Assembly (NCBI GenBank): GCA_018813905.1
Contig: JAHJAO010000086.1
Coordinates: forward strand, 702 to 64,701
Source of the DNA: Candidatus Omnitrophota bacterium
GTDB lineage: Bacteria > Omnitrophota > Gorgyraeia > B26-G9
Reading direction: 5' to 3'
Length of the DNA: 64,000 nucleotides
Shown here: positions 51,072 to 64,000 of the stretch, in pieces
Numbering within the stretch: position 1 is the stretch's first letter
How the letters are laid out: each line of letters starts with the position of its first letter
Translations under genes and position numbers: made by a program
The notes under the pieces: model-generated
What the model was told of the DNA's origin: nothing
The model's input: only the letters and a program-made list of their open reading frames with translations
Database searches by the model: none

Positions 51072-51710
51072 TTATTCTTTACTTTTTTTCTTTTTCGCTT
51101 TTTTAACCACTAAATAAGAACCTTTGTGGCCGGGAACCGCTCCCCGAACCAGCAAGATATTATTATCCTTATCCACTCTTACCACTTCCAAGCTCTGTAC
51201 GGTAATCTTCTTATTTCCCATATGCCCGGGCATATGATGTCCACGCAATATCCGGCCGGGCGTGGTGTTTGTGCCGACAGAACCAATGCGGCGGTGGCTC
51301 ATAGAACCATGCGCTTCCGGCCCTCCGGACCATCCCCATCTTTTCATGCCGCCCTGAAAACCTTTACCGATGGATTTGCCCGCGATATCCACAAAATCCC
51401 CTTCTTGGAATATATCTACTTCAATCTTTTGTCCCGCTTTATATTCCTTAACATCATCAACCCGGATCTCCCGAATAAATCTTTTTGGAGTTACCGTCCC
51501 TTTTTTAAAATGGCCCAGTTGCGGTTTATTCGTCCTCTTCTCTTTTTTATCTTCAAATCCGATTTGAATCGCGCAATAACCGTTTTTATCCGCAGCCTTT
51601 ACCTGGACGACAAAACAGGGGCCGACGACGATAGCCGTAACCGGCACGCAGGTTCCGTCTTCCTTAAATATTTGGCTCATTCCAATTTTTTTTCCCAAAA
51701 TCCCAAACAT
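51072..51710 (-). CDS. rplC: 50S ribosomal protein L3
   Basis: GKKIGMSQ, GKGFQG.MKR, HGS.SHR, GAVPG; ATG at 51710. Confidence 0.97.
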   Translation of the reverse strand: MFGILGKKIGMSQIFKEDGTCVPVTAIVVGPCFVVQVKAADKNGYCAIQIGFEDKKEKRTNKPQLGHFKKGTVTPKRFIREIRVDDVKEYKAGQKIEVDIFQEGDFVDIAGKSIGKGFQGGMKRWGWSGGPEAHGSMSHRRIGSVGTNTTPGRILRGHHMPGHMGNKKITVQSLEVVRVDKDNNILLVRGAVPGHKGSYLVVKKAKKKKSKE

Positions 51711-51720
51711 ATTATGTTCC

Positions 51721-52023
51721 TTATTTAAGCTCCACATCCACGCCCGCCGGCAAATCCAGCCTTTTTAAAGCATCGATGGTCTTGGCGGTCGGTTCAATAA
51801 TTTCCAATAACCGTTTATGAATTCTTAGTTGGAACTGTTCTCTTGACTTCTTATCAATCACCGGAGACCGCAATACCGTATACAACGACCTCTTGGTCGG
51901 AAGCGGCACAGGACCGATTACTTTAGCGCCAGTTCTTTTTGCCGTGTTCACAATCTCTTCGGCAGACTGATCCAGAACCCGATGGTCATACCCTTTTAAT
52001 TTTATTCTTATCTTCTGCGCCAT
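51721..52023 (-). CDS. rpsJ: 30S ribosomal protein S10
   Basis: IRIKLK.YD, GPVPLPT, SREQF, LPAGV. Confidence 0.98.
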   Translation of the reverse strand: MAQKIRIKLKGYDHRVLDQSAEEIVNTAKRTGAKVIGPVPLPTKRSLYTVLRSPVIDKKSREQFQLRIHKRLLEIIEPTAKTIDALKRLDLPAGVDVELK

Positions 52024-52052
52024 GTCCTTTACCCTTTCCTCTTCCTAAAAAT

Positions 52053-53258
52053 CTATTCTACGATTTCCGAGATAACACCCGCGCCGACCGTACGTCCGCC
52101 TTCCCGAATCGCAAACCGCAACTCCTTCTCCATCGCGATCGGTACAATCAACTCAACGTCCATCGCCGCATTATCACCCGGCATGATCATCTCTACATTC
52201 GCCGCTAAAGTAACCACTCCGGTTACATCTGTCGTCCTAAAATAAAACTGCGGACGATAACCCTTGAAAAACGGGGTATGCCGTCCGCCTTCTTCTTTCG
52301 TCAATATGTATACCTGCGCCTTAAACTTCGTATGCGGCGTAATCGAGCCGGGTTTAGCCACAACTTGGCCCCGCTCAAGGTCGGTCTTTTCGACGCCGCG
52401 CAAAAGCAGCCCGACGTTGTCTCCGGCCATGCCTTCGTCCAATAGCTTACGGAACATCTCAACGCCCGTAACTACCGTCTTCTTTATTTCCTTCTTCATC
52501 CCGATAATGGCTACTTCTTCTCCTACCTTGACCTTGCCGCGTTCCACCCGGCCTGTACCCACGGTCCCGCGGCCCGTAATCGAAAATACGTCTTCCACCG
52601 CCATTAAAAACGGCTTTTCTATATCACGCTGCGGCGTCGGTATAAAATCATCCACCGCCTTCATTAAATCCAATATCGACTTCACGTTCTCGCCGTCAAA
52701 TTTGCCCGCGTCGATCTCTTCCAGCGCTTTTACCGCCGACCCTTTGACGATCGGGATCTTGTCCCCGGGATATTCGTATTTCTTCAGCAAATCCCTTACT
52801 TCCAGCTCCACCAATTCCAGCAACTCCGCGTCATCCACCATGTCCGTCTTGTTTAGATATACTACTACCGCCGGTACGTTTACCTGGCGCGCAAGCAAGA
52901 TATGCTCCCGCGTCTGCGGCATCGGTCCGTCCGGCGCCGAAACTACCAGTATCGCTCCGTCCATCTGCGCCGCTCCCGTAATCATATTCTTGATGTAGTC
53001 GGCGTGCCCGGGACAATCTACGTGCGCGTAATGACGGGCTTCCGTTGCGTATTCGGCATGGTGTACGTTTATCGTTACGCCGCGCTCTTTCTCTTCCGGC
53101 GCGTTATCGATCTCATCGTAATTCTTCGCCTGTGCCAACCCCTTATGCGCCAAGACCTTTGTTATCGCGCTCGTTAAGGTGGTCTTGCCGTGGTCTACGT
53201 GCCCGATTGTACCGATGTTTACATGCGGCTTCGTTCGTTCAAATTTTTCCTTCGCCAT
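52053..53258 (-). CDS. tuf: elongation factor Tu
   Basis: [36 protein letters not shown]. Confidence 0.99.
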   Translation of the reverse strand: MAKEKFERTKPHVNIGTIGHVDHGKTTLTSAITKVLAHKGLAQAKNYDEIDNAPEEKERGVTINVHHAEYATEARHYAHVDCPGHADYIKNMITGAAQMDGAILVVSAPDGPMPQTREHILLARQVNVPAVVVYLNKTDMVDDAELLELVELEVRDLLKKYEYPGDKIPIVKGSAVKALEEIDAGKFDGENVKSILDLMKAVDDFIPTPQRDIEKPFLMAVEDVFSITGRGTVGTGRVERGKVKVGEEVAIIGMKKEIKKTVVTGVEMFRKLLDEGMAGDNVGLLLRGVEKTDLERGQVVAKPGSITPHTKFKAQVYILTKEEGGRHTPFFKGYRPQFYFRTTDVTGVVTLAANVEMIMPGDNAAMDVELIVPIAMEKELRFAIREGGRTVGAGVISEIVE

Positions 53259-53278
53259 TGTTATCCCCCTTTATTATA

Positions 53279-55405
53279 TTAATACCTTTTTCCCACTAAA
53301 ACTTCCTGAATTTGCTTCGGAACCTCTGTATAATACGAAGGTTCCATTGTATAGGTTCCCCGCCCTTGTGTCAAGCTTCTTATCGCCGTCGCATAACCAA
53401 ACATTTCCGCTAAAGGGCAAAAACCACGCACTACTTTCGCGTTTGCCCGATCAGTCACTGATTCAATCTTGGACCGGCGCGAACCTAAATCTCCGATAAC
53501 ATCTCCCAAATATTCGGACGGGATTATCGCCTCGGTCGACATAACCGGTTCAAGCAATATTGAATTTGCTTTTCTCAATGCGTCCGTAAAGGCCATAGAA
53601 CCTGCCATCCGAAACGCGATATCCGAAGAATCAACTTCGTGGGACGAGCCGCCGATAAGTTTAACCTCGACATCAATGACCGGATACCCGGCTAAAACAC
53701 CGGCACAGGAAGAGGCCATTACGCCCTCTTTAATGTGCGGTATAAATTCTTTAGGAATTATATCTTTGGTCGTTTCGTTTATAAATACTACCCCTTTACC
53801 CCGGCTGGCTGGGGATACCTGTAAAACCACATGCCCATATTGGCCGCGGCCGCCGCTTTGCTGTATAAACTTTCCCTCTACGCGTACCAGTTTCGAAATC
53901 GTTTCCTTATACGCAACCTGCGGTTTACCAATACGGACTTCCACTTTGAACTCCCGGATTAAGCGATCGACGATTATCTCAAGATGCAACTCGCCCATGC
54001 CCGAAATCAAAGTTTCCCCGGTTTCATCATTAAGTTTAACTTTAAAACTCGGATCTTCCTCCTGAATTCTGTTTAACACCAACGCCAGCTTATCCTGCGC
54101 CGCCGTTGTTTCCGGTTCAATCGCCATAAAAATTACGGGGTCGGGAAAATGCATACTTTCTAAAACTATCGGATTATCCATATCACACAGGGTATCTCCG
54201 GTTTTTGTATTCTTAAGCCCTACGGCCGCGGCGATTTCACCCGCATGCACCTCGCCTACCACTTCCTGTTTGTTGGCATGCATGCTGACGATCTTGCCGA
54301 TTTTTTCTTTAATTTTCTTATTAGAATTATAAATATATGTGCCGGATTTGACTGTTCCCGAATAGACCCGGAAAAACGTTAATTTTCCGACATAAGTATC
54401 CGACATAATTTTAAACGCCAATGCGCTCGTATATTCGTCATCGCTTACGGCGCGTTTAATAACATTACCCGACTCCGGCTCCCGCCCTTCCATCGGCGGC
54501 ACATCCAGAGGATTCGGCAAATAATCGCAGATCGCGTCCATCAACGGCTGCACGCCTATATTGCGCAGGCTTGAACCGCACAATACCGGAACATACCCGC
54601 ATTTTACCGTCGCCGTCCGGATCGCTCTTTTGATTTCCTCTTTTTCCGGCTCTTCATTATTAATAAAACGCTGCATTAAACCGTCATCCGCTTCGGCGGC
54701 GGTTTCAATCATTTGCATTCTGTATTTGCGCGCCTCGTTTAACAATTCCGGCGGTATCGGCATTTTTTTAAAAGATATACCCGACTTCTCCTGGGTAAAT
54801 ATAACCGCTTCCATATCGATTAAATCAATTACCCCTTTAAAAGAATCTTCCGCCCCAAAAGGGATTTGAACCGGGATAATTGTCGCCGCCAGTTTTTCCT
54901 TCAGCTGCTTCAACGTACCATAAAAATCACAGCCGATCCTGTCCATCTTGTTTATATACGCGATACTCGGTATATTATACCGCTGCGCCTGGCGCCATAC
55001 GGTTTCTGATTGCGGCTGGACCCCGCCTACCGCACACAAGACAATTACCGCTCCGTCTAACACCCGCAGAGACCGCTCCACTTCCACCGTAAAATCCACA
55101 TGTCCCGGAGTATCGATTAAATTAATCCGGCAATCTCTCCAAAAACAAGTGGTGCTGGCACTGGTAATTGTAATACCCCGTTCCTGCTCCTGCAGCATCC
55201 AGTCCATAGTTGCCGTTCCCTCGTCGACCTCTCCGATTTTATAAACCCGGCCGGTGAAATACAAAATTCTTTCAGTAGTCGTGGTCTTGCCGGCATCAAT
55301 ATGCGCCATGATGCCGATATTTCTGGTCTTTTCTAAAGAATATTGTCTATTCATCCGCGTAACGTCTTTGGTTTTACTCTGGTTGCGTATTTTAACTTTC
55401 TGCAT
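53279..55405 (-). CDS. fusA: elongation factor G (alternative start ATG at 55354)
   Basis: [43 protein letters not shown]. Confidence 0.97.
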   Translation of the reverse strand: MQKVKIRNQSKTKDVTRMNRQYSLEKTRNIGIMAHIDAGKTTTTERILYFTGRVYKIGEVDEGTATMDWMLQEQERGITITSASTTCFWRDCRINLIDTPGHVDFTVEVERSLRVLDGAVIVLCAVGGVQPQSETVWRQAQRYNIPSIAYINKMDRIGCDFYGTLKQLKEKLAATIIPVQIPFGAEDSFKGVIDLIDMEAVIFTQEKSGISFKKMPIPPELLNEARKYRMQMIETAAEADDGLMQRFINNEEPEKEEIKRAIRTATVKCGYVPVLCGSSLRNIGVQPLMDAICDYLPNPLDVPPMEGREPESGNVIKRAVSDDEYTSALAFKIMSDTYVGKLTFFRVYSGTVKSGTYIYNSNKKIKEKIGKIVSMHANKQEVVGEVHAGEIAAAVGLKNTKTGDTLCDMDNPIVLESMHFPDPVIFMAIEPETTAAQDKLALVLNRIQEEDPSFKVKLNDETGETLISGMGELHLEIIVDRLIREFKVEVRIGKPQVAYKETISKLVRVEGKFIQQSGGRGQYGHVVLQVSPASRGKGVVFINETTKDIIPKEFIPHIKEGVMASSCAGVLAGYPVIDVEVKLIGGSSHEVDSSDIAFRMAGSMAFTDALRKANSILLEPVMSTEAIIPSEYLGDVIGDLGSRRSKIESVTDRANAKVVRGFCPLAEMFGYATAIRSLTQGRGTYTMEPSYYTEVPKQIQEVLVGKRY

Positions 55406-55432
55406 TATCTTTAATTCTCATTCCTCTAAAAA

Positions 55433-55900
55433 TTACCAACGAAAATGGGCAAAGGCCTTATTAGATTCAGCCATCTTGTGCGTATCTTCTTTCTTTTTTA
55501 TCGTGGCTCCTTCGTTATTATAGGCATCAAGCAATTCCTGCGCTAATCTTTCCTGCATGGGCTTGCCTTTGCGGGCCCGCGCAAAATTACGTATCCAGCG
55601 CAAAGCAATTATCGTACCCCGTTCGGAGCGTATTTCCTGCGGTACCTGATAAGTTGCGCCGCCGACCCGTCGGGGCTTTACTTCAAGTAAGGGCCTGGCG
55701 TTTTCCAGTGCTTTTTTGAGCACTTCCAAGCCGTTCTTACTGGTTTTCTTCTCTAAAATATCGAAGGCCGAATAGACAATCCGTTCAGCCAAAGATTTTT
55801 CCCCTTTAACCAAACAAATGCTTACAAGTTTAGCTACTAGTTGGCTGTTGTATTTCGGATCTGACTGAATCTCTCTTTTTATCGCGCGTCTGCGACGCAT
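55433..55900 (-). CDS. rpsG: 30S ribosomal protein S7
   Basis: [26 protein letters not shown]. Confidence 0.98.
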   Translation of the reverse strand: MRRRRAIKREIQSDPKYNSQLVAKLVSICLVKGEKSLAERIVYSAFDILEKKTSKNGLEVLKKALENARPLLEVKPRRVGGATYQVPQEIRSERGTIIALRWIRNFARARKGKPMQERLAQELLDAYNNEGATIKKKEDTHKMAESNKAFAHFRW

Positions 55901-55920
55901 GTTCCCTCCTTTAATTAATG

Positions 55921-55940
55921 CGCCCCGCTGCGGCGGGACG
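55921..55940 (-). other. GC-rich stem-loop in the rpsL-rpsG spacer
   Basis: Transcript CGUCCCGC-CGCA-GCGGGGCG, 8-bp stem with one G-U pair; no U tail. Confidence 0.55.
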
Positions 55941-55953
55941 AATTATATTTTAA

Positions 55954-56328
55954 TTATTTTTTCGGCTTCTTTGTTCCATAAGCAGAACGGCTTCTTTTTC
56001 TGTCGCTAACCCCGGCCGTATCCAGCGTTCCCCGCACGATATGATACCGCACCCCCGGCAAATCCTTAACCCGGCCGCCTCTAACCAAAACAATCGAATG
56101 CTCTTGCAGATTATGCCCTTCTCCCGGAATATAAGCGGTAACTTCTATCCCGTTTGTAAGCCGAACCCGGGCAATCTTGCGCAGGGCCGAATTCGGTTTC
56201 TTCGGCGTCATGGTTCTGACCTGAAGACACACGCCTCGTTTCTGGGGACAGCGTTGCAAAGCCGGCGATTTTATCCGGCCGCCCGATTTTTTCCTGCCTA
56301 TTCTTATTAACTGATTAATTGTCGGCAT
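55954..56328 (-). CDS. rpsL: 30S ribosomal protein S12
   Basis: [29 protein letters not shown]. Confidence 0.99.
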   Translation of the reverse strand: MPTINQLIRIGRKKSGGRIKSPALQRCPQKRGVCLQVRTMTPKKPNSALRKIARVRLTNGIEVTAYIPGEGHNLQEHSIVLVRGGRVKDLPGVRYHIVRGTLDTAGVSDRKRSRSAYGTKKPKK

Positions 56329-56356
56329 AACCTCTTTTTCTCCTTAAGCTTTTTAA

Positions 56357-56386
56357 CAGCCCTTCGCGAAATTCACTTAAGGGCTG
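56357..56386 (-). other. stem-loop between rpoC and rpsL (possible weak terminator or leader structure)
   Basis: cagccctt (56357-64) pairs with aagggctg (56379-86); only a short U run follows on the transcript. Confidence 0.4.
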
Positions 56387-56411
56387 AACGAATTTTGTGA
56401 AGCCCTGCTTT

Positions 56412-59400
56412 TTAACTTACTTCTACCGTATCTATAGCTTTTTCTTCGACAGCTGCGGCCTGTTCCGGTACTAATTCAACTCTCTGGTGCGCATGAAAGC
56501 CCGTACCCGCCGGTATCAGATGCCCCATGATTACGTTTTCCTTTAACCCTAAAAGCTCATCCCGTTTTCCGCTCGCAGCGGCTTCGGTTAATACCCGCGT
56601 TGTCTCCTGAAAACTCGCGGCCGAGATAAAGCTCTCCGTTGTAAGCGACGCTTTGGTTATCCCTAAAAGCAGCGGTGTCGCGCTTGCCGCTTTGCCTTTC
56701 TTCTCACGAACGCGCTTATTTTCTTCATCGAGTTTATATTTATCCACCTGCTGCCCGGGCAAAAATTCCGTATCGCCCGGATCTTCTATTTTGACCTTTT
56801 TGAGCATCTGGCGAACAATAACTTCGATATGTTTGTCATTAATGCGCACTCCCTGCAGACGATACACCTCCTGAATTTCATTAACCAAATGCTCCTGCAG
56901 CTGCTGCACGCCGCAAACTCTCAATATATCCTGCAATACTAAGGGTCCGTCCGTTAAAACCTGACCGGTGGTTACGGGATCCCCCTGATAGACATTTAGA
57001 TGTTTACCCGGCGGTATCAAATATTCTTTGCTCATTCCCGAAACACTTTTTATTATTATGCGCCGATGCCCTTTTTTGGACTCGCCGAAATTCACTATCC
57101 CGTCGATTTCGCTGATAATTGCCGGATCTTTCGGACGACGCGCTTCGAATATCTCCGCTACGCGCGGCAAGCCGCCGGTGATATCTTTGGTTTTGGTAAT
57201 CTTTCTGGGGGTCTTAGCCAAAAGCGCTCCCGCTTCTACTCCCTGGGCATCCTTTACCACGACATGCGCCCCTGAAGGAATGCTGTAGAAAGCGACTACT
57301 TCGTCGCTGGCGCCTAAGATTATAATCTGCGGATGATAATCTGATTTATGGTCGATAATTACCCGCTCCGTCAATCCGGTAGAACTATCCAGCTCTTCCC
57401 GCATAGTAACGCCTTCTTTAATATCCTCATAACGAACCCGGCCGCTGGCTTCCGTCAATATCGGCGAAGTGTACGGGTCCCACTTTACAAAAACTATATT
57501 TTTCTCGATATGTCCGCCGTCCGGCACGCTGATAATTGAACCAATCGGCACGCTATGCATTTCCAGCTCCCGTTCGGCGTCATCATGAATGCTGATTTGG
57601 CCGTTGCGGTTAAAAACAATGATTTCGTTATTTTTCGTAGTTACGGTCTTCAAATTATGATATTTTATAAACCCGTCATTTTTGGTCTTCATGAAAGATT
57701 GTTCAATAATCCGGGAAGCCGTTCCTCCGATATGAAAAGTTCTCATTGTAAGCTGAGTTCCCGGCTCTCCGATAGACTGGGCAGCAATAATTCCCACCGC
57801 TTCTCCCAATTCCGTCAATCTCTGCGTAGCTAAATTACGGCCGTAACACTTGGCGCAAACACCGCGTGAGAGCTCACACGTCAACACGCTTCTAATCCTG
57901 ATTTTTTCTATGCCCAGTTCTTCGATCCGGTCCGCTTTTTCTTCGGTAATTTCTTCCCCCTGCGACACAATTACTTTATCCGTAACGATATCTACAATAT
58001 TATCCAAAGCAATTCTACCGACAATTCTTTCCTTTAAATTTACCACGATTTCGTCGCCTTCGGTAATCGCGGAAATCATAATTCCGTTAAGTGTCTGACA
58101 ATCATCAATGGTAATAATCATATCCTGAGCCACGTCAATCAGCCGCCGGGTGAGATACCCCGCGTCTGCGGTTTTCAGCGCCGTATCCGCAAGCCCCTTA
58201 CGCGCACCGTGCGTAGATATAAAAAATTCAAGAACAGTCAATCCTTCGCGAAAGTTTGCCGTAATCGGATTTTCGATAATTTCGCCTGAGGGCTTGGCCA
58301 TCAATCCGCGCATACCCGCTAACTGTCTTATCTGCAATTTCGAACCCCGCGCCCCGGAATCCGCCATCATAAATATGGGGTTGAAATGATCCAGGCCTTT
58401 GAAAACCATTTCACTGATTGTATCGGTCGCGTGCGTCCAAAGGTCGATTATCTTATTATAACGTTCTCCCTCAGTTATGATCCCGCGTTTATATTGTTTT
58501 TCCACATTGGACACTTCCTGATGCACCTTTTCCAGGATTTTAACCTTTCCTTCCGGGATTTTTAAATCCTCCATCGAGATAGAAATGCCGCCGAGGGTCG
58601 CGTGCTCAAAACCGATCTTCTTCAAATCATCCAGCAGAATAACGATACGATGGTGGCCGAATTTTTTATAACATTCGGTAATTATTTTACTCAGTTTTGT
58701 TTTTTCCATCTGTTCATTAACATAACCAAAACCCGGCGGGATCAGCTGGTTAAATATTATCCTGCCGACGGTAGTTTCAATAAGTTCATGCCCCACCCTT
58801 AAGCGGCAACGTTCATGAATTTGTACCTGCTCGCATTGATAAGCGGTAATCGCCTCATCCATATCCGCAAATAATCTCAAATCCTCCAACTTAAAATTCG
58901 GATCTCTCGGCCCGACCGTAGTAAGATAATAACATCCAAGCACGATATCCTGGCTGGGTGCAATTATCGGCCGGCCGTCGGATGGAGTAAAAATGTTATT
59001 TGTCGCCAGCATAATCAAACGCGATTCCATTTGCGCCTCGGTAGACAAAGGCACATGCACCGCCATCTGGTCACCGTCAAAGTCCGCGTTAAACGCAGTA
59101 CATACCAAAGGATGAACACGAATCGCTTTTCCTTCGATTAACGCCGGCTCAAACGCCTGAATTCCCAACCGGTGCAATGTCGGCGCGCGGTTAAGCAATA
59201 CCGGATGTTCGCGGATAACCTCTTCCAAAATATCCCAGACCTCCAGGCGGGCGCGTTCGACCATCCGCTTTGCGCTTTTTACGGTATGCACCAAACCTCT
59301 TTCTCTTAATTTCTTTATAATAAACGGCTCAAATAACTCCAGCGCCATCTTTTTCGGCAATCCGCACTGGTGCAGTTTTAATTCCGGCCCGATAACGATT

Positions 59401-60434
59401 ACGGAACGGCCGGAATAGTCCACGCGTTTACCCAACAGGTTCTGGCGAAACCGTCCCTGCTTGCCTTTTAACATATCGCTTAAAGATTTAAGCGGCCTAT
59501 TCCCCGGCCCCAATACCGGCCGGCCATGGCGGCCGTTGTCGAAAAGAGCGTCAACCGCTTCCTGCAACATGCGTTTTTCATTGCGGATAATAACATCCGG
59601 CGCCTTAAGTTCTATCAGCTTCTTTAGGCGGTTATTCCTGTTTATAACTCTGCGGTAGAGGTCATTTAAGTCACTAGTGGCGAATCTGCCGCCATCTAAA
59701 GGAACTAACGGCCTTAAATCCGGGGGAATAACCGGCAACACTTTCAGCACCATCCAGCGCGTTTCATTCCCTGATTTTTTGAAATCTTCGATCATCTTTA
59801 ATGTCTTGGTAAGTTTTTTTATCGTTGCTTCCGCTTTCGCGTCTTCAAGCAGTTTACGTTTTTTCTTGCTTAGTTTGCCCAGATCCACTTCATCCAAAAG
59901 TATAGCGATAGCTTCGGCGCCCATCATCGCTTTGAATTTACTTCCATATCTTCCCAGATACTCCTGATACCGGTCTTCGGTAAGCAATTCTTTCTTTTTT
60001 AAAGGTGTTTCACCCGGATCAATAATAATATGTTCTTCGTAATAGATAACTTTTTCCAGTTCTCTCTGCGTTAAATCCAGAATCGCGCCCATACGCGAGG
60101 GCATCGCCTTAAAAAACCAAACGTGTGATACCGGCGCGGCAAGTTCAATATGCCCCATGTGTTCGCGCCGCACTTTAGAAAGCGTAACTTCCACCCCGCA
60201 ACGGTCACAAACAATTCCTTTATGTTTTATGCGTTTGTATTTACCGCAATTACACTCCCAGTCTTTAGTCGGCCCGAAAATGCGTTCACAGAAGAGGCCG
60301 TCTTTCTCCGGTTTCAAAGTCCGATAATTTATGGTCTCCGGTTTCTTGACCTCGCCAAAGGACCATGCCCGGATCACTTCCGGAGAAGCAATTTTAATTG
60401 ATATAGCATCAAATGCGTTGGCATCTTGTGCCAT
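56412..60434 (-). CDS. rpoC: RNA polymerase subunit beta-prime
   Basis: [17 protein letters not shown]-type zinc site, [36 protein letters not shown]. Confidence 0.99.
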   Translation of the reverse strand: MAQDANAFDAISIKIASPEVIRAWSFGEVKKPETINYRTLKPEKDGLFCERIFGPTKDWECNCGKYKRIKHKGIVCDRCGVEVTLSKVRREHMGHIELAAPVSHVWFFKAMPSRMGAILDLTQRELEKVIYYEEHIIIDPGETPLKKKELLTEDRYQEYLGRYGSKFKAMMGAEAIAILLDEVDLGKLSKKKRKLLEDAKAEATIKKLTKTLKMIEDFKKSGNETRWMVLKVLPVIPPDLRPLVPLDGGRFATSDLNDLYRRVINRNNRLKKLIELKAPDVIIRNEKRMLQEAVDALFDNGRHGRPVLGPGNRPLKSLSDMLKGKQGRFRQNLLGKRVDYSGRSVIVIGPELKLHQCGLPKKMALELFEPFIIKKLRERGLVHTVKSAKRMVERARLEVWDILEEVIREHPVLLNRAPTLHRLGIQAFEPALIEGKAIRVHPLVCTAFNADFDGDQMAVHVPLSTEAQMESRLIMLATNNIFTPSDGRPIIAPSQDIVLGCYYLTTVGPRDPNFKLEDLRLFADMDEAITAYQCEQVQIHERCRLRVGHELIETTVGRIIFNQLIPPGFGYVNEQMEKTKLSKIITECYKKFGHHRIVILLDDLKKIGFEHATLGGISISMEDLKIPEGKVKILEKVHQEVSNVEKQYKRGIITEGERYNKIIDLWTHATDTISEMVFKGLDHFNPIFMMADSGARGSKLQIRQLAGMRGLMAKPSGEIIENPITANFREGLTVLEFFISTHGARKGLADTALKTADAGYLTRRLIDVAQDMIITIDDCQTLNGIMISAITEGDEIVVNLKERIVGRIALDNIVDIVTDKVIVSQGEEITEEKADRIEELGIEKIRIRSVLTCELSRGVCAKCYGRNLATQRLTELGEAVGIIAAQSIGEPGTQLTMRTFHIGGTASRIIEQSFMKTKNDGFIKYHNLKTVTTKNNEIIVFNRNGQISIHDDAERELEMHSVPIGSIISVPDGGHIEKNIVFVKWDPYTSPILTEASGRVRYEDIKEGVTMREELDSSTGLTERVIIDHKSDYHPQIIILGASDEVVAFYSIPSGAHVVVKDAQGVEAGALLAKTPRKITKTKDITGGLPRVAEIFEARRPKDPAIISEIDGIVNFGESKKGHRRIIIKSVSGMSKEYLIPPGKHLNVYQGDPVTTGQVLTDGPLVLQDILRVCGVQQLQEHLVNEIQEVYRLQGVRINDKHIEVIVRQMLKKVKIEDPGDTEFLPGQQVDKYKLDEENKRVREKKGKAASATPLLLGITKASLTTESFISAASFQETTRVLTEAAASGKRDELLGLKENVIMGHLIPAGTGFHAHQRVELVPEQAAAVEEKAIDTVEVS

Positions 60435-60467
60435 GTTTTTACCTTTCTGTTTTTTTATGTAGATTAT

Positions 60468-63400
60468 CTATCTACTTCTTTTTTTTTCCGGCTTTTCTTT
60501 ACCGTCTGTTTTCGATTCCGTACGCACATCCAGCGCTAAACTCTGCAGTTCTTTAACCAGAACGTTAAACGATTCCGGAGTGCTCGGATTCAACGCGTTC
60601 TCGCCCTTAACGATAGATTCGTATATCCGCGTGCGACCAATCACATCGTCGCTTTTTACGGTCAGAAGTTCCTGCAGCGTAAACGCCGCTCCATACGCTT
60701 CCAAAGCCCACACTTCCATTTCTCCAAAACGCTGTCCGCCAAACTGGGCCTTTCCTCCCAACGGCTGTTGAGTTACCAAAGAATATGGGCCGATGGAACG
60801 CGCGTGAATCTTATCATCAACTAAGTGGGCAAGTTTGACCATATAGATGTAGCCCACGCTTACTTTCTGGTCAAAATTCATCCCGGTAAAACCGTCCCGA
60901 AGAACAATCTTTCCATCCTCCGGCAGATTGGCTGCCTTTAATTCCTGCCTTAACTCCGCCTCCGAACATCCGTCAAATACGCTGCTGGCCACTCTAAATC
61001 CCAACACTTTTGCCGCCCAACCCAAGTGTGTTTCCAAAATCTGCCCGACGTTCATACGCGAGGGTACCCCTAAAGGATTAAGCACTATTTCCACCGGCGT
61101 ACCATCCGGTAAAAACGGCATGTCCTCTTCCGGTAAAATGCGGGCAATAACGCCTTTGTTGCCGTGGCGGCCGGCCATTTTGTCGCCCACGGAAAGTTTT
61201 TTCTTGCCGGCGACAAGGACAATTACTTTTTTCAACACTCCCGGAGGAAGCTCATCGCCTCTTTTTACTCTTTCGAGCTCTCTTTCCTGTTCTTCAATAA
61301 GTTCTTTTATCTGATCATCTAAAAGATCAATTATTTTCTTTATCTTCTCCGCGACCTCGGGTTTGTCCGCAATCTTGATACTATCTAAATCTACGCGGTC
61401 GATCTTTTTGATATCTTTTTTCTTTACGGTTTTGTTCGCGGGGATAAGGACGGCTCCGGTTTCTTCATCCAATAAACTTGCCGCGAGTTTTTTATGAAGC
61501 AGCAAACTATATAATTTTTGGTTGCGGTCCTGCTTCAATTTCTTTATCTGCTCGCTATAATATTTACGGATTTTATTAGCTTCCTTTACCTCCTCGCCCA
61601 TCTGCTCCTTGGACTTGCCTTTCACCCCTTTGCGGGTGAAAACACGCACGTCAATAATCACGCCTTCGATCCCGGGCGGAACAGTCAACGATGTATCTTT
61701 AACATCCTGCGCTTTTTCTCCGAATATCGCGCGCAAAAGTTTCTCTTCCGGCGACAATTCCGTCTCGCTTTTCGGAGTAACTTTTCCCACCAGAATATCC
61801 CCGGGGCTTACTTCCGCGCCGATGCGGACAATCCCGTCTTCGCCTAAATCTTTCAGCGATTCCTCGCCGATATTCGGGATATCGCAAGTTATTTCCTCAT
61901 TGCCCAGGCGCGTATCCCGCGCCTCGCACTCAAACTCTTCGATATGTACCGATGTATAGATATCTTCCTTTATGACCTTTTCGCTGATGAGGATCGCGTC
62001 TTCAAAATTATATCCCCGCCACGGCATAAACGCGACCAGAACGTTTCGGCCTAAGCCCAACTCTCCGTCTTTTGTCCCGGCTCCATCAGCGATAACCTGT
62101 CCCCGCTTTATCTTCTGCCCGACTTTTACTATCAGCCGCTGGTTGATACAGGTCGAGGCATTCGAACGGCTGAATTTTTGAAGATTGTAAGTTATGCCGT
62201 CTATAATAATCTTTTTGGCATCGGCATATTTCACTACGCCCTCACTCTTACAGATAACTATCGCGCCCGTATCCCGCGCAACTTTCGCCTCCATCCCGGT
62301 CCCCACAAGCGGGGCTTCCGTATCCAATAAAGGAACGGCCTGCCGTTGCATGTTCGAGCCCATCAGAGCGCGGTTTGCGTCGTCATGTTCCAAAAACGGA
62401 ATTAAGCTTGCGGCCACGCTTACAATCTGGCGCGGAGAAACATCCATATAATTAACGCCGTCTCTGGACATTTTCGGAAAATCTCCTTTATAGCGGCAGG
62501 AAATAAGATCGTTTATAAAACGCCCGCTTTTATCTATCGGCGCGTTCGCCTGGGCGATAACATACTGGTCCTCGATATCCGCGCTTAAATATTCTATTTT
62601 GTCGGTAACTTTCCCGTTTACTACCTTGCGATACGGGGTTTCAATAAACCCAAATTCATTAATGCGGGAAAAAGTTGTAAGCGATGCGATCAAACCGATA
62701 TTCGGCCCTTCCGGTGTTTCAATCGGGCAGATTCGTCCGTAATGCGAATAGTGTACGTCGCGAACCTCAAAACCGGCTCTTTCCCGGCTCAATCCTCCCG
62801 GCCCAAGCGCGCTTAAACGCCGTTTGTGCGTAAGCTCGGATAGGGGGTTTGTCTGGTCCATAAACTGGGACAGTTGGCTGCGGCCAAAAAAATCTTTGAT
62901 TACCGAAGACACCAGTTTGGAATTGACGAGATTATGGGGCATTACCGAATCCATATCATATATCCCCATTCTTTCCCGCACGGAACGCTCCATCCTGGCC
63001 AGACCAATCCGAAACTGGTTTTGAACTAGTTCCCCTACAGTCCGCACCCGGCGATTTCCTAAGTGATCGATATCATCCGTTTTCCCTTCTCCGTTTTTCA
63101 ATTTGATCAGGCTTTTAATAACAGCAATAATCGTTTTATTGTCCAGCGCCCGCATCTCCAGAGGCACTTTCATTTCCAGTTTCCGGTTCAAAACAAAACG
63201 CCCGACTCTTCCCAAATCATAGCGTTTATGGTCAAAAATTAATCTTTCAATCAAAATCTGCGCGGACTCGATAGTCACCGGATCTCCGGGCCGCAAGCGC
63301 CGGTAGATTTCAAAAAGCGCTTCCTCCTTATTAGTGGTACGGTCGCGTTCTAATGTATTAAGAATCTCCTGCCCGTCCGTGATAAAGCATTTTACCTGCT

Positions 63401-64000
63401 TTAATCCGGCGTCAAGTATCTGTTCGGCCATCTGCCGGTTAAGCTGGGTCCCGGTAGAAACTAAAGAATTCACTTTATCTTTCGGATTGGGGACATCTTC
63501 GGCCAGGATTAACGCGTTAATTTCCTCGGCCGATTTTTCCGATAGCTTTACTTCTTCTACCGGATAAAAGAGTTTTAAAATATCGGTATTGGACGAATAT
63601 CCAATCGCTCGCAAAAAAGTAGTCGCATAAAATTTGCGCCGGCGGTCAATATAGACATAAATAACATCGTTGTGGTCAAATTCAAATTCCACCCATGCTC
63701 CGCGGTAAGGAATAATCCGCGCCGAATATAACTTTTTACCGGATGTATGTATTGTGTGTTCAAAGCAAAGCCCGGGAGAACGGTGCAACTGGCTAACGAC
63801 AACCCGTTCATCTCCGTTAACCACAAAAGTGCCGACATCCGTCATCAGCGGCAATTCCCCTAAGTATACTTCCTGCTCCTTCACGTCTTTACCGGTACGC
63901 AGGCGTAATTTAACCTTAAGGGGCGAGGCATAACTCAAACAGCGCCGCTGACATTCCAAAACTTCATATTTGGGTCGATCGAGTGTATAGTTTACATATT
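60468..64000 (-). CDS. rpoB: RNA polymerase subunit beta (5' end beyond window)
   Basis: [40 protein letters not shown]; frame stays open to position 64000. Confidence 0.99.
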   Translation of the reverse strand, partial: YVNYTLDRPKYEVLECQRRCLSYASPLKVKLRLRTGKDVKEQEVYLGELPLMTDVGTFVVNGDERVVVSQLHRSPGLCFEHTIHTSGKKLYSARIIPYRGAWVEFEFDHNDVIYVYIDRRRKFYATTFLRAIGYSSNTDILKLFYPVEEVKLSEKSAEEINALILAEDVPNPKDKVNSLVSTGTQLNRQMAEQILDAGLKQVKCFITDGQEILNTLERDRTTNKEEALFEIYRRLRPGDPVTIESAQILIERLIFDHKRYDLGRVGRFVLNRKLEMKVPLEMRALDNKTIIAVIKSLIKLKNGEGKTDDIDHLGNRRVRTVGELVQNQFRIGLARMERSVRERMGIYDMDSVMPHNLVNSKLVSSVIKDFFGRSQLSQFMDQTNPLSELTHKRRLSALGPGGLSRERAGFEVRDVHYSHYGRICPIETPEGPNIGLIASLTTFSRINEFGFIETPYRKVVNGKVTDKIEYLSADIEDQYVIAQANAPIDKSGRFINDLISCRYKGDFPKMSRDGVNYMDVSPRQIVSVAASLIPFLEHDDANRALMGSNMQRQAVPLLDTEAPLVGTGMEAKVARDTGAIVICKSEGVVKYADAKKIIIDGITYNLQKFSRSNASTCINQRLIVKVGQKIKRGQVIADGAGTKDGELGLGRNVLVAFMPWRGYNFEDAILISEKVIKEDIYTSVHIEEFECEARDTRLGNEEITCDIPNIGEESLKDLGEDGIVRIGAEVSPGDILVGKVTPKSETELSPEEKLLRAIFGEKAQDVKDTSLTVPPGIEGVIIDVRVFTRKGVKGKSKEQMGEEVKEANKIRKYYSEQIKKLKQDRNQKLYSLLLHKKLAASLLDEETGAVLIPANKTVKKKDIKKIDRVDLDSIKIADKPEVAEKIKKIIDLLDDQIKELIEEQERELERVKRGDELPPGVLKKVIVLVAGKKKLSVGDKMAGRHGNKGVIARILPEEDMPFLPDGTPVEIVLNPLGVPSRMNVGQILETHLGWAAKVLGFRVASSVFDGCSEAELRQELKAANLPEDGKIVLRDGFTGMNFDQKVSVGYIYMVKLAHLVDDKIHARSIGPYSLVTQQPLGGKAQFGGQRFGEMEVWALEAYGAAFTLQELLTVKSDDVIGRTRIYESIVKGENALNPSTPESFNVLVKELQSLALDVRTESKTDGKEKPEKKRSR

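Noticed and set aside
56412-64000. Lineage-specific insertions in RpoB and RpoC, considered as possible inteins
   Set aside because: No intein splice-junction or LAGLIDADG motifs; they lie at the usual insertion positions (beta flap-adjacent coiled insert, beta-prime trigger-loop insert)

Overview
A gene-dense chromosomal segment with every credible gene on the minus strand. In transcription order: rpoB (truncated by the window edge), rpoC, the str/S10/spc/alpha ribosomal superoperon (no rpmD), an aspC-icd-mdh-apbE-aconitase-allA-like block, an AT-rich two-gene cassette (DUF2339-like membrane protein plus M48 peptidase) bounded by a 61-bp exact direct repeat, an orphan secreted HExxH protein, trpB2-DUF167-nifU-nikR, tmk-holB-ricT-metG-tatD-DUF362-REC/GGDEF-mtnA-thiL-tsaE-tsaB-alr (alr frameshifted in an A9 run), a type IV minor-pilin cluster followed by two paralogous secreted proteins with a phage-fibre-like autocleaving-chaperone-type C-terminus, and ilvD-ilvB-ilvN-pilT-ilvC-leuA-aroE. 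Gene order and protein style suggest a PVC-related bacterium such as Candidatus Omnitrophota, but that is inference only. I saw no rRNA, tRNA, CRISPR array, integrase or transposase. Main leads: (1) a pilV/W/X-like operon with two small fibre-like proteins sharing an exact 39-bp box where PilY1 usually sits; (2) an integrase-free cassette that swapped the 3' end of its target gene; (3) a bL17 with a long charged linker ending in a MinD-like amphipathic helix; (4) the alr homopolymer frameshift; (5) recurrent 7-bp-periodic intergenic tracts.
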